A DNA stretch of 64,000 nt. Origin: Octopus bimaculoides (Eukaryota). The first letter of the stretch is position 1; each line of letters starts with the position of its first letter. Both the position numbers and the translations under genes were made by a program. Positions 53,338 to 64,000 of the stretch are shown piece after piece. The notes beneath the pieces are model-generated. The model was given only the letters and a program-made list of their open reading frames with translations. It was not told where the DNA came from and did not search any database. The stretch is from the NCBI RefSeq assembly GCF_001194135.2, contig NC_068981.1, positions 154,147,297 to 154,211,296 of the forward strand, given 5' to 3'.

Positions 53338-55471
53338 GTATGTATGTATGTATATACATATATATATATGCCATTACACATAAATAAGTATGTGTATATT
53401 TGAAGAGGTATACATTCTTTGTATATGTTCTTATTGGTAAATCATCCAGGTATGAAATTGGTGTGATATTCACTGTTTCTTAGGTAAACTGAGCAGAGAA
53501 CATAAGTATGCTGAGGCTGAAGTAAGAGAGAGAAAAGAGAGAGAATAGGGAGCAAGTAAGAAATTAGGGAGCGAGAAAGAGAGAGTGGGAGAGAAATACT
53601 CAAGAGGTTTGGTTATATGTTTTCTTTTCTAAGTATGAAGACAAGTATATATTACAGTTATACCTATTTAGCTTTGTTACTAATTTATTTTTATAATTTT
53701 TTAGTTTGTTACGTGAATAACAGGTGTTCAGTGTTCTTTACATTGTTTTAAATCTCTCCTATCTTCAGGTTTCAAAATTACTTAGGTTTTGTATTCAAGA
53801 ATTTGTAAAATCTTTCAGATGGTTCAGTTGTATAAGAAGTAGGTCAGTGAGCAATTTATGGTTCAGGCTTAATCTCAGTTAGTTTCATTTCTTTCTTGTT
53901 AATTATTGTAACTATAATCACTTCAGAGGTATTTTCAAATATGAAATGTTTTTAAACAAGAAAGGGAGAACATTTTAACAGTTCTCCTCTTGAATACATT
54001 AAACAGTTCAAAAGTGGAATAAATTATATCACTTTTGCACTGATTGCCAATACAGACCATCACAAGTATCTTCGGATCGTACTGTTTACTGTTGAATATA
54101 TAAGCTGTAGATATTGAGACTGGTTATTTTACTGTGAAGTCATAGTGTGATAGAAAACTGACGGAGCTGTAAATTCTTGGTTAATCAAGTTTGCAGTCCA
54201 ATTTAAATTTTCAATAAGCATGACTTCTCTTCTTTATTTCAAAGGCATGAAACCATAAATTCATATTTCACCTACCCTTCATTTCTGAGGCTTTACATGC
54301 AAATATGGAAATATTATTGCAGATTCATAGTTGCTGACTCTGTATAAAGTGTTAGTCATTTATCTCATAAGTTATGAATTTGTAATGTGTCATGGATATG
54401 AAATTATGTAAGCAGCTCTACCCAACTGGAAACTGGGTGCCAAGTATTTTATTTGAATGACTGGGCTGTTGTCGATTGCTGAACATGCTGAATAAATGAT
54501 GAATTGTAAGGTGATTTTTTTTTTTCAGCTCAAACTTTGTATCTCTAATTCAAGAATGCTTCAAATCTTCCAACTTTGACAGAATTGGAGGAAGGCTATT
54601 AGCTCGAGCAAAGCAATTTTGATGTAAATTTATTCATAGAGTAAGCCATTTCAAAAATATTAGGATGAATAACCAGCAAGGAAATCTCTGTGTAGTTGTT
54701 TCATCCGCTAGAACTAGCAACCAAATCCCCCTCAGGCCATACTCTAATTGTCATAAATAAGGAAAGGGTGAATTTGCTTTTTTTTTAAATATTTTATTCA
54801 GGAAAGAAATCAGTGCCTATGATTCATCACAGGGCTTCTGAGACAAGTGTGAGGGAAGGACAAAGGTTTCCTCAAACTGGAAATAAGGCCTAAATGCTTG
54901 CAACAGAATGAGCTCTGCTGAAGGTACCCAAGGCACCTGGTTGTGGTGTTCAACCAGGAAATGGGTTAGGTCTACCATCCATGTAGGCCATGATAACATT
55001 TGAATTCAGAAAGCAAAAATCAAGGACAAATACCAGAAGGTATTTGGTTTGATGTTATTACAGTCCTGACAATCCACCACCTTGAATTAGTACATTTTTC
55101 TCAACTTTGAAAGACTAAAAGGCAAAGTTTGATCTCAGCAGGATTTGAGTTGAAAGTCAGAGAGTTGGGATAAGTACCATGAAACACTCTGTCCAATTTG
55201 CTGCCAAATATAGTCCTTGACGTATCCTTAAAAAGATGAGGTGGTTACAGTTGGAAAGTTTTTGAACATAGGTTTGCTTGCTTAGAGTTGATTTTGGTCT
55301 AGCAACAAGAACAACAAAAGCAAATAATATACTTTATCTAAGATATCTGTGAAAGAGGGGGATGAAAGGAAATGGGGAAACATATTGTGTTTGCATTGTG
55401 TGTGTGGGGGGGGTGCAAGAAGAGAGGGAGAAAGGTAAGGAAAGAGAGAGAGAGTGAGAGAGAGAGAGAGT

Positions 55472-55510
<39 letters not shown>

Positions 55511-56219
55511 TGAGATAGATAGAGAGAGAGAGAGAGAGAGAATTATTTGTGGCTTAGGTTTGTTTTAATAGTTGATGCTAAATTCTAACTACTATAAATG
55601 TAATTTATATTTTATATGTAATTACCAAATTGAATCCATTAATTCTAAGTTTAGTTTTATATTTTAATCAAACTTTTCTCTTCATTTTGTAACTATTTTC
55701 ATTGGTGATATTTTGAATGGAATATTAAGTTATCATAATGAGGTAAAAAAAAAAATATTATTGAGGTTAATTACTCAGAGAGACTATGTTTCAGTCTTAT
55801 TAATTATTCAGTCATGTTCTGCTCTTCTTAGATCTCATAAGCAAAGCATAAATTCTGAGGTAATAATGAGTGAATCACTATGTAGCTGTACACTATCGTA
55901 CATGAATAAGCATAGGAAATTAGCATATTAAAAAACAACAACAACATCAAATCACTGAGGCATCATTCACATGATAAACAATAGTTAAATCTGTGTTAAT
56001 ATATTTAATGTGGTAAGGTGGCATACTAGCTGAATCTGTAGCATGCTGGGCAAAACGCTTAGTGACATTTTGTCCGTCTTTACGTTCTGAGTTCAAAGTC
56101 AACTTCAGTGGAATTTGCCTTTCATCTTTTCGGGGTCTATAACGAAGTACCAGTTGAGCACTGGGGTTGATGTAATCAACTTACCTCTTCCCCAAACTTG
56201 TTGGCTTTAAGCCAAATAT

Positions 56220-56455
56220 TTAACCCTTTTGTTGCCATGTTTATTTTGAGACGCTCTGTATTTCTTTCAATTAATTTTAAAGAATTTAGTAAAATACAAA
56301 GAATTTAGTAAAATAACTTAGTTATCATTAAGCTAGTGTTAGGAAGATTTTAATTCAGGTTTGGTGGAAGAGTTTAATTCAGAATTTATGAAACCAAGAC
56401 ATTTGTACTACAGAGTGAGAGGCAGTTTCAGCCAGGTTGGTATCAGAAGGGTTAA
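56220..56455. mobile_element. piggyBac-type MITE family 2
   Basis: TTAA-cccttttgttgcca ... tggtatcagaaggg-TTAA; opposite-orientation copies at 20949-21181 and 22460-22691. Confidence 0.85.
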
Positions 56456-58364
56456 GGTAAAATGCTTAGCGGCATTTTGTTCGTCTTTATGTTCTAAGTT
56501 CACATTCCCTCACGGTTGATTTTACCTTTCATCCTTTCAGAGTTGATAAAATAAATACCAGTTGTGCTCTGGGGTCAGTGTAATCAACTAACCCCCTCCC
56601 TGAAATTACTGGCCTTGTGCCAAAATTTGAAATCAATATATTTAATGTGTTGAGTATTAAATATCTACTATATTTACTTATGTGTAATTTGTTGGGTAGC
56701 ATTATACCTGAATGTAAAAGACAAAAATAAGAAAAGATGAATTGATAAAAAATATTTTTAGGTACTATTGTACCTAAAAATGGGGGAAATCACCTTATAT
56801 TCGAGGTTGCATTGTACTTAAGTGAAAATGGTAATTAGAAATACTTGTGTGGTTGAGGTAAAGATAGCATTAACACAACAATTCTAATTATGTGCTTAAT
56901 GCTCAATATAATAAATATGCTAATGCTAACTCATCATAAATAAATAATGATTAATGCTTTGCTTAGATTTTGAAGAAAAGTGTAGAGGCAAATAAGTATT
57001 TCAGTTGGGGACATTTTTGGTGTCACAAATAATATCCTTCAGAAAAGATGAACCTCATCTTATAATATTCTTTCTGTTTTTGCATCAATTTGAGAATTGA
57101 ATACAGTTTGGAATATTGTTTGGATTCTATGGTGAGTGCTGCATTCTAGATAATTATATTTTTGATGAGTTAGGTCCTCATGGGTGTTGGTACCACATAA
57201 AAGCACCCTTGTTGGTGCCACATAAAAGAGCACCTGTGTTGGTGCCACATAAAAAGCACCCAATACACTCTGTAAAGTGGGTGGTGTGAGCAAGGGCATC
57301 CAGTCATAGAAACCATACCAAAACAGACAATTGGAGTCTGGGCAGCTCTCTAGCTGGTCAGCTCCTGTCAAACCATCCAACCTATACCAACATGGAAAAT
57401 GGAAGTTAAATGATGATGGGGATAATGATGATGAAGTCCATGACTTGGTTTTAGCTCCAGATTAATTCATTTTACTTCTCTTATGCCGTTATTACTGTCT
57501 GATGTTTTAATAATGGTTTCAAATTTTGGTAGAAGGTCAGCAATGTTTGAGGGGATGGGGAAGCCAACTTTATCAACTCCAGTATTTGAGTAGTACTTAT
57601 TTGAACGATCTCAGAAGGATGAAAGGCAAAGCCAACCTTGATGTAATTTGAACTCAAAATGTAAAAAAGGGACAAAATACTGCTAAGCATTTTGCTCCTC
57701 ATGTTATTGGTTTAGCCAGCTCACTGCTTTCTGATGCTCCAATAATAATTCTTGAAAAGCTCCTCGAATTACAATCAGACTTGTATTTCTGGTATTATAA
57801 GAAATACTTTTAAGCAGAAAAGAATGACAGGTTGAGAAAAGGGGTTAAAATCAAATATTTACTGCTTGCTGTTTTACCATACCATCAAAGGATCTTTTAT
57901 GTGATCTGGTCATTTTAACAAGAGAGTCTTTATGTCGTGTTATGAATATAAAAGTCTTTTGTTTCTGCTTTTAATCAGAGGTACCTTGTTATTTTTATCT
58001 TGCCTGTTTATCACATTGAATTCTCCTAAAGATGTGTGATTTAGAAGTTTGCATATTTGGCTCATGATCATAAGTTCAAGAGTTCGGTTACTGGCAGCGC
58101 ATTGTGTCCTTGAGCAAGGTACTTTATTTCACATTGCTCCAGTCCACTCAGCTGACAAAAATGAGTATTACCTGTATTTCAAAGGACCAGCCTTGTCACA
58201 TTCTGTGTCATGCTGAACCTCCCTCAGAACTTCGTTAAGGATATGTGTGTCTGTAGAGTGCTCAGCCACTTGCATGTTAATTTCACATGGAGTCTGTTCC
58301 ATTGAATGGATCAACTGGAATACTCACCATTGTGATTGATGAAATGCCAGATTCTTCTAAGCAA

Positions 58365-58790
58365 ACTGGATGTTATCTGGATATCCACCCTGTCAAACAA
58401 CCATAGGAGGAATTTTTTTCTGTGCAACAGTTAGAGTCCGTCCTTTAAATGGAGCGACAGCCTGGATGCTTACCAAAAAAACTGGAATCTAAGCTAGATG
58501 GAACTTACACTTGAATGTTCAAAGCAGTCTTAAACATATCTTGGAGAAGTCATTCCACCAAGAAACAGCTGTATGGAGATCTCCTGCCTGTTTCCATAGG
58601 TATAAGGGAAAGGTGCTTGTGCTTTCAGGACATTGCTGGTGAGCTAAGCAATAGCTAGCAAGTGACCTACTGCTATGAATGCTAAAGCATGGCTGTACTT
58701 GAGCAGGCTATCCAAACACAATGTATATAGATTAATTCACCAGAGACATTGGATGCCTCTCTGAAGTCCTAACTCAGCAAATGCAGGACC
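58365..58790 (+). mobile_element. RTE/RTE-X-like LINE post-RT remnant
   Basis: Decayed ATVESVLL.GATAW.LTKKLESKLDGTYT.M..AVLNISW..H.TKKQLYGDL.PVS..IRER...F.GHCW motifs. Confidence 0.8.
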
Positions 58791-59535
58791 AAAATGAATT
58801 GTGTATGTGGGTTAAAAATATTCAAATGAACTCGACCAAATGATATTTATCATTAATCTGCTCAGTCTTGTTGAGTACTGGTGAGAGGCATCTGGCTACA
58901 TTTAGTTAGCACCTAAATAGGTTTTAAGGCACTTGCACTGAAGAGACAATTGCTTCCTCCTTCATTGTTACATTATTACATTAGTTGCATCAAGTCCCAT
59001 TTCGTAGGGCAATTAGACTGAAATGGAGAGAGATTAGTTTTGAAATGACTCAGGAAATTTATCTTATTTTCATGGTACAAAAAGTTAATTTACATTCACT
59101 CATCTGATGTGATATCTCTGAAACATACATTTTTGTTCTGTTAACCACTGCTGCTGCTACTGCCGCCGCCGCCGCCGCTGCCACCACCACCACCTATAAT
59201 AATGGGGTTGTCTTTTTTCCTGGGGTGTATTCATAAAAAAAAGAAAGACTTCTTTTGATAATTCATACTACCTGTTAAACTAGTTTATATTGGTCAAAAT
59301 TGCAACATAGCACATTTTTGGTTGAAACTAATGTATTATTTTAATGATAAATTGATTAAAAAAGCATTGATTTGAAGTATTTGTCAATTATGAAAAGTCA
59401 CTGACATATTAAATTTGTAGTAGTTTAGTACATACCAACAGCAAGATACCACAAATAGACCTGTTATTATTTTATATCACTACAGCAGGGAAAGCAATGG
59501 AGATGTGTCAGTTATTCCGCACAAGCAACTATCAA

Positions 59536-59573
<38 letters not shown>

Positions 59574-59631
59574 GCATATGTGTGTATATATATTTATATA
59601 TTTACATATATATAAAATGATAATGATGATG

Positions 59632-59674
<43 letters not shown>

Positions 59675-59918
59675 ATATCTTATTACTGCTGGTTGGAAGT
59701 AATAAACATTTTGCCTGTTATCTGTCTGACAACTAATGCTTTTATGTAACATCACAAGCAAGAAGATGGATCACAGAAGATTTCCAACAGATGTTTTCAT
59801 TGATATCATTTGCAATTTTGTTTTTCTTGATGATTTAACTAATATATACAATTGCAATATATAGCATAATGGAGATGGTTGTGATAATTTTTTTTCATAA
59901 TAAATATATTTATATATA

Positions 59919-60325
59919 GGCGCAGGAGTGGCTGTGTGGTAAGTAGCTTGCTTACCAACCACATGGCTCTGGGTTCATTCCCACTGCGTGGCACCTTGGG
60001 CAAGTGTCTTCTACTATAGCTTTGGGCTGACCAAAGCCTTGTGAGTGGATTTGGTAGACGAAAACTGATAGAAGCCCGTCGTATATATGTATATATATAT
60101 ATATGTATGTGTGTGTATATGGTTGTGTGTCTGTGTTTGTCCCCCAACATCGCTTGACAACCGATGCTGGTGTGTTTACATCCCCGTAACTTAGCGGTTT
60201 GGCAAAAGAGACTGATAAAATAAGTACTAGGCTTACAAAGAATAAGTCCTGGGGTTGATTTGTTCAACTAAAGGTGGTGCTCCAGCATGGCTGCAGTCAA
60301 ATGACTGAAACAAGTAAAAGAGTAA
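59919..60325 (+). mobile_element. SINE A, full length
   Basis: Colinear. Half-copies also at ~7290-7490, 10520-10680, 10870-11065, 15003-15080, 27160-27270, 28277-28425, 30730-30870, 31860-32010, 33270-33480, 38235-38400, 38706-38850, 44370-44517. Confidence 0.9.
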
Positions 60326-62679
60326 AAAAAAAAAGAGTATATATAAATAGTATTATTTATATATAAATTGTATAACAAATACATTATACAATTAAAATTT
60401 CTCCCTCTGTTTCTTAAATTTAGATCCTGTTTGTTGACTTAGCACTTCATATTTCCTTGTTTGATAAAATAACATCTGGATTGATACACTTAGTAAAAAC
60501 GGGAAAATTAATTTTGTTGTGTCTTGTGAGAGTCATTACGCCAATAATGATAAAACATGTGCAGGTTCAATTCCACTTCTTTATTGGCAGTCAATTGGTT
60601 GAATATTTAACCAACAAACTAATTGATCATTTGTTTAATGTGTTTGTTAAACAATCAGTTAGTTGTTTATAAGTCAAAATTCTTTTGCTGCTGTTTGCAA
60701 CCTTTTTAGTCACTTAGTGGCTTCCCCTCTCTCTCCAGTGTCTGCTTTGAGTCTGTCCCACACATGAATTTACACCAAAAATCTTGCAAACCAAATACAA
60801 AAATGAAATAGGAAAATTAATATTATTACAGTAAGTTGAAACTAGCCAGCCATTGCCTTGTAAGTGCAAGTAATAGGGATAAACTGTACTGAAGCTCACT
60901 CTGTGTGTGTGTGTNNNNNNNNNNTGTGTGTGTGTGTGTGTGTGTGTGCGTGTGCGTGTGTGTGTGTGTGTGTGGGTATGTGCATTAATGTTGACTTTCC
61001 ATAGCTTTACTTGTCACTGTCTGAGCAAAGCAGTGACATGATGGTAACATGCCTTGTTGACATTATAACTGACCAGTCTCTGTTTTTGAAGGTAAGTGTA
61101 ATGAAAACAAAATTCCTTATTTGAAAAATTAGTAAAGATATGCAGGAGGAAGGACATCTGGTTGTAAAATGCTCTTTCAAATGTAACTGTCCAAACCCAT
61201 GCTTGCATAAAAAAAGATCCAGTAAATAAACTATCAAATTTAGAGAGTTGATCAAGGTGCTGGTTTAATTACCAAACTCGTAGTTAGCAGGTTCATGGAA
61301 ACTGTATATGCTTATAAATTTACTATCTTATGCTGTGCTGAAACACTTCTGAAGGCAAGTGCTGCAGAAAGGAGCTAAGTTTCCAACAAGCTGAACCTAT
61401 AACCTGGTTCTAGTTCCTGATGATAGTTATTTCATTTTCCTTATATTACTTATATTACTAATTATCTTGAAAAGACATGGTTGTCATAGCTCCTATTCCT
61501 TTCTCCCTTAAATCAAAATAATCATCCATAAACAGGTGACAAACAATCAAATATTTGTCTGTATCAATTTACATTACCAATGAATAAGCAATTCATTAAA
61601 ATTGATTGCTTTGTGATTTTTATGATGTCTCATTATAAAACTCCAAACAAATTCCTTTCCACCTGCTTCAATTAATTGCAACTATAGATCTTTTTTAAAA
61701 TCTGCTTCATAAAATCTATTTAATTCTGCTCTGCTGTTTCTTGCTAGAGTATACGAACAATTTATCAGCTTATCAGCATGTGCTAAAGTTTGATGATAGC
61801 TAATTTCCGTATGAACCTTTACCAGGATGTAATGTTTTGGTTCCTATTATTGTTATATTTAATAGTTATACTATTTTGTATTGTATAGATTAGTGGTTGG
61901 AAGCAATAGTGATTTTTAAATGAGTAGAGATAAGTGTCCTTATCAGTTTTTTATCTTTTTCCTTTTTACTTTTACACTTGCTGGCTCTGGAGCAAGCGGT
62001 ATTTCCCATGGCCTCCACAGGCCCTCCTACACCATTGAGATTGATACCACTTATGTTCCTCTAGATGAAACTCCAGATTGTCAGTGTAGTGATTAGTATG
62101 AAACCTGGCAGATTTGGACTCAATGTGGGTGATGAGAGGAGAAAAATAAGGTAGTGGAGATGGCATGAGCCTAGCCAGTACTGGTAGAAAGACAGATGAA
62201 ACAGTGTGTCTGTGGACCAGAAGATGGAGTGTGTGTGAGTTACTTTATGTCAATCTATCAGGCAGCTCTTTTCTGGATGTGATTTAGGTTGTCTGCACTC
62301 AGCTGTAGAAATGAGTCGCAATGTCACTGGTGCCAAGCTGTATTGGTCTTTGCCTTCCTTTTGGACAACATTGGTGGCATGGAGAAGGGAAACTGGAATG
62401 TATGAGTGACTGCTGGTTTTTCACAAACAGCCTTGCCCAGGCTTGTGTCACAGAGAGGAACTTTCTAGGTGCAATCCCATGGTCATTTGTGACCGAAGGG
62501 GGTTTTTATGCATATAGCAGCAGCACCATCTCAGATATGTGGGCAATACTTCATTGTGAGCCACACCTGAATTCAAAGAAGACTTGCTCATTCTGCTGCT
62601 ACATGCACATATGTTCTAAACTACTTCCATAAATACCATTTGACTGATTGACAAAGATTCATTCACCATTATTCTATAT

Positions 62680-62857
62680 AGAAGCAATGCTAGAGTGTCT
62701 ACTACCTGGGGCAGCCCTTGAATTTGTCCCCACCCCCAACACTGGGCCCCTCAAGCCTATACTGACCTGTGCAACAAACCCAAAATTGCTGCTCCCAGAA
62801 GAGTGTTGCCCAGGGTAGACTGCCCCCTTCATCCCAAACTCCCAGCCATGCTTCTGG
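62680..62857. mobile_element. Possible degenerate GC-rich MITE (Harbinger-like)
   Basis: Loose TIRs agaagcaatgctag / cccagccatgcttct around a GC-rich core. Confidence 0.3.
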
Positions 62858-63779
62858 TGCTATAACTTCTGGCATTTCTTGTACAACTAGTGCAATAGCC
62901 TCTGATTCTGTAATCTAGCAGTTTGTACGCCACTTCTATCCTGGCCCATTTCACTTATCTTTCTCTCTTCCTCTCATCAATGTTGCTGTGTTTCTCTCAC
63001 TAGAGCCTAACACTAAATACTTTCACCAGATATACATACTCAGAGTTGCAATTCTGAATTTCCTTCTCTTGTTGATATTGTGTAACACCAGTTGTCTTTC
63101 TTTACATTCTGAGTTCAAATTCTGCCAAGACTGACTTTGCCTTTCATTCTTTCAGTGTCGATAAAATAAGTACAAGTTGATGTAACTAACTTACCCCTGC
63201 CCCCGAAATTGCTGGCCTTGTGCCAAAATTTGAAACCAATGTTGCATAACACCAAGTCAACTCTGACCATAAGCATTCCATCCATTACCATCCTATTTTT
63301 TAGGAGCACTTAAGATGACATATATCATCCTTATTTAACATGGTGAAGTGTGAGTTAAGGAGAAATTTGGCTGCTATTTTCAGTAGGTTCAGTGACCATG
63401 TATAGGCTCCTCTGTTGATTCATTCAGGCACATATCTTTCTTAGAGGTATAAATCACTAAAACTGAACATCAGCCAGATTACTCTTACCAGTCTGGGATG
63501 ACCTTCAAAGGTCATAGATTCCAGTCCCCCACCACGACCATGTTTTATGCTGACTAATCAATAATTAGAGAAAAAAACAGAAGAAGAAAAACAGATGTAA
63601 CATGTGTCACAAGTGTTGACCTAACAAATCAGGAACTGAATCTCGAAAACACTCAGAGGCTTAATATCCTGTTGTTACAAGCAAACAGCATTTACATAGT
63701 TGCCTAGCCTGCAAGAAGTAGCAGGCAAGTCTTCCTCAAGCTACAACTTAAAAAGGAAAGAGGTCCATTGGACCCTGCT

Positions 63780-64000
63780 GCTTCTCCTGCGTCTCCTCCT
63801 CCTTGGTTCTTCCTCCTTTGCTCCTCCCCTTTCTTCCTCCTCCCCTTTCTTCCTCCTCCCCTTCCTTCCTCCTCCTCTCTATTCCTCCTTCTCCATTCCC
63901 CCTTCCTTCCTTCCTTCCTTCCTTCCTTCCTTCCTTCCTTCCTTCCTTCCTCCTCTTACCTTCCTCTCCTCCCCTTCCTTCCTCCTCTTGCCTTCCTCCT
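63780..64000. repeat. Pyrimidine-only (CCT/CCTT)n tract
   Basis: Direct read. Confidence 0.95.

Noticed and set aside
53769-53842. Plus-strand 74-nt exon candidate (VSKLLRFCIQEFVKSFRWFSCIRS)
   Set aside because: Isolated, with no partner exon or homology recognised.
60739-60830. Plus-strand segment with a strong acceptor and GTAAGT donor
   Set aside because: Stops in all three frames; could only be a non-coding exon, which is untestable here.

Overview
AT-rich, microsatellite-dense animal genomic DNA from a gapped draft assembly (7 N-gaps). The repeat families look like those of an octopus or other coleoid cephalopod (inference from recognition, not a search). Most of the window is transposon debris: at least three tRNA-derived SINE families, a very abundant CAA-tailed short repeat, RTE/CR1/Jockey-like LINE remnants, and hAT and piggyBac-type MITEs with intact TIRs and TSDs. 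Nearly all ORFs in the supplied track are microsatellite or repeat artefacts. No complete gene is visible; a few splice-compatible candidate exons exist on both strands and could not be named. The most notable signal is at 29.7-30.6 kb: a ~355-nt repeat unit in one inverted plus ~1.6 tandem copies, each carrying a type I hammerhead ribozyme fold with a palindromic helix III (Penelope pLTR / retrozyme-like). A second, unrelated and more decayed hammerhead tandem lies at 17.7-18.4 kb, and two weaker hammerhead-like remnants lie at 26.6 and 28.9 kb. Repeat boundaries are read by eye and approximate unless TSD/TIR coordinates are given.
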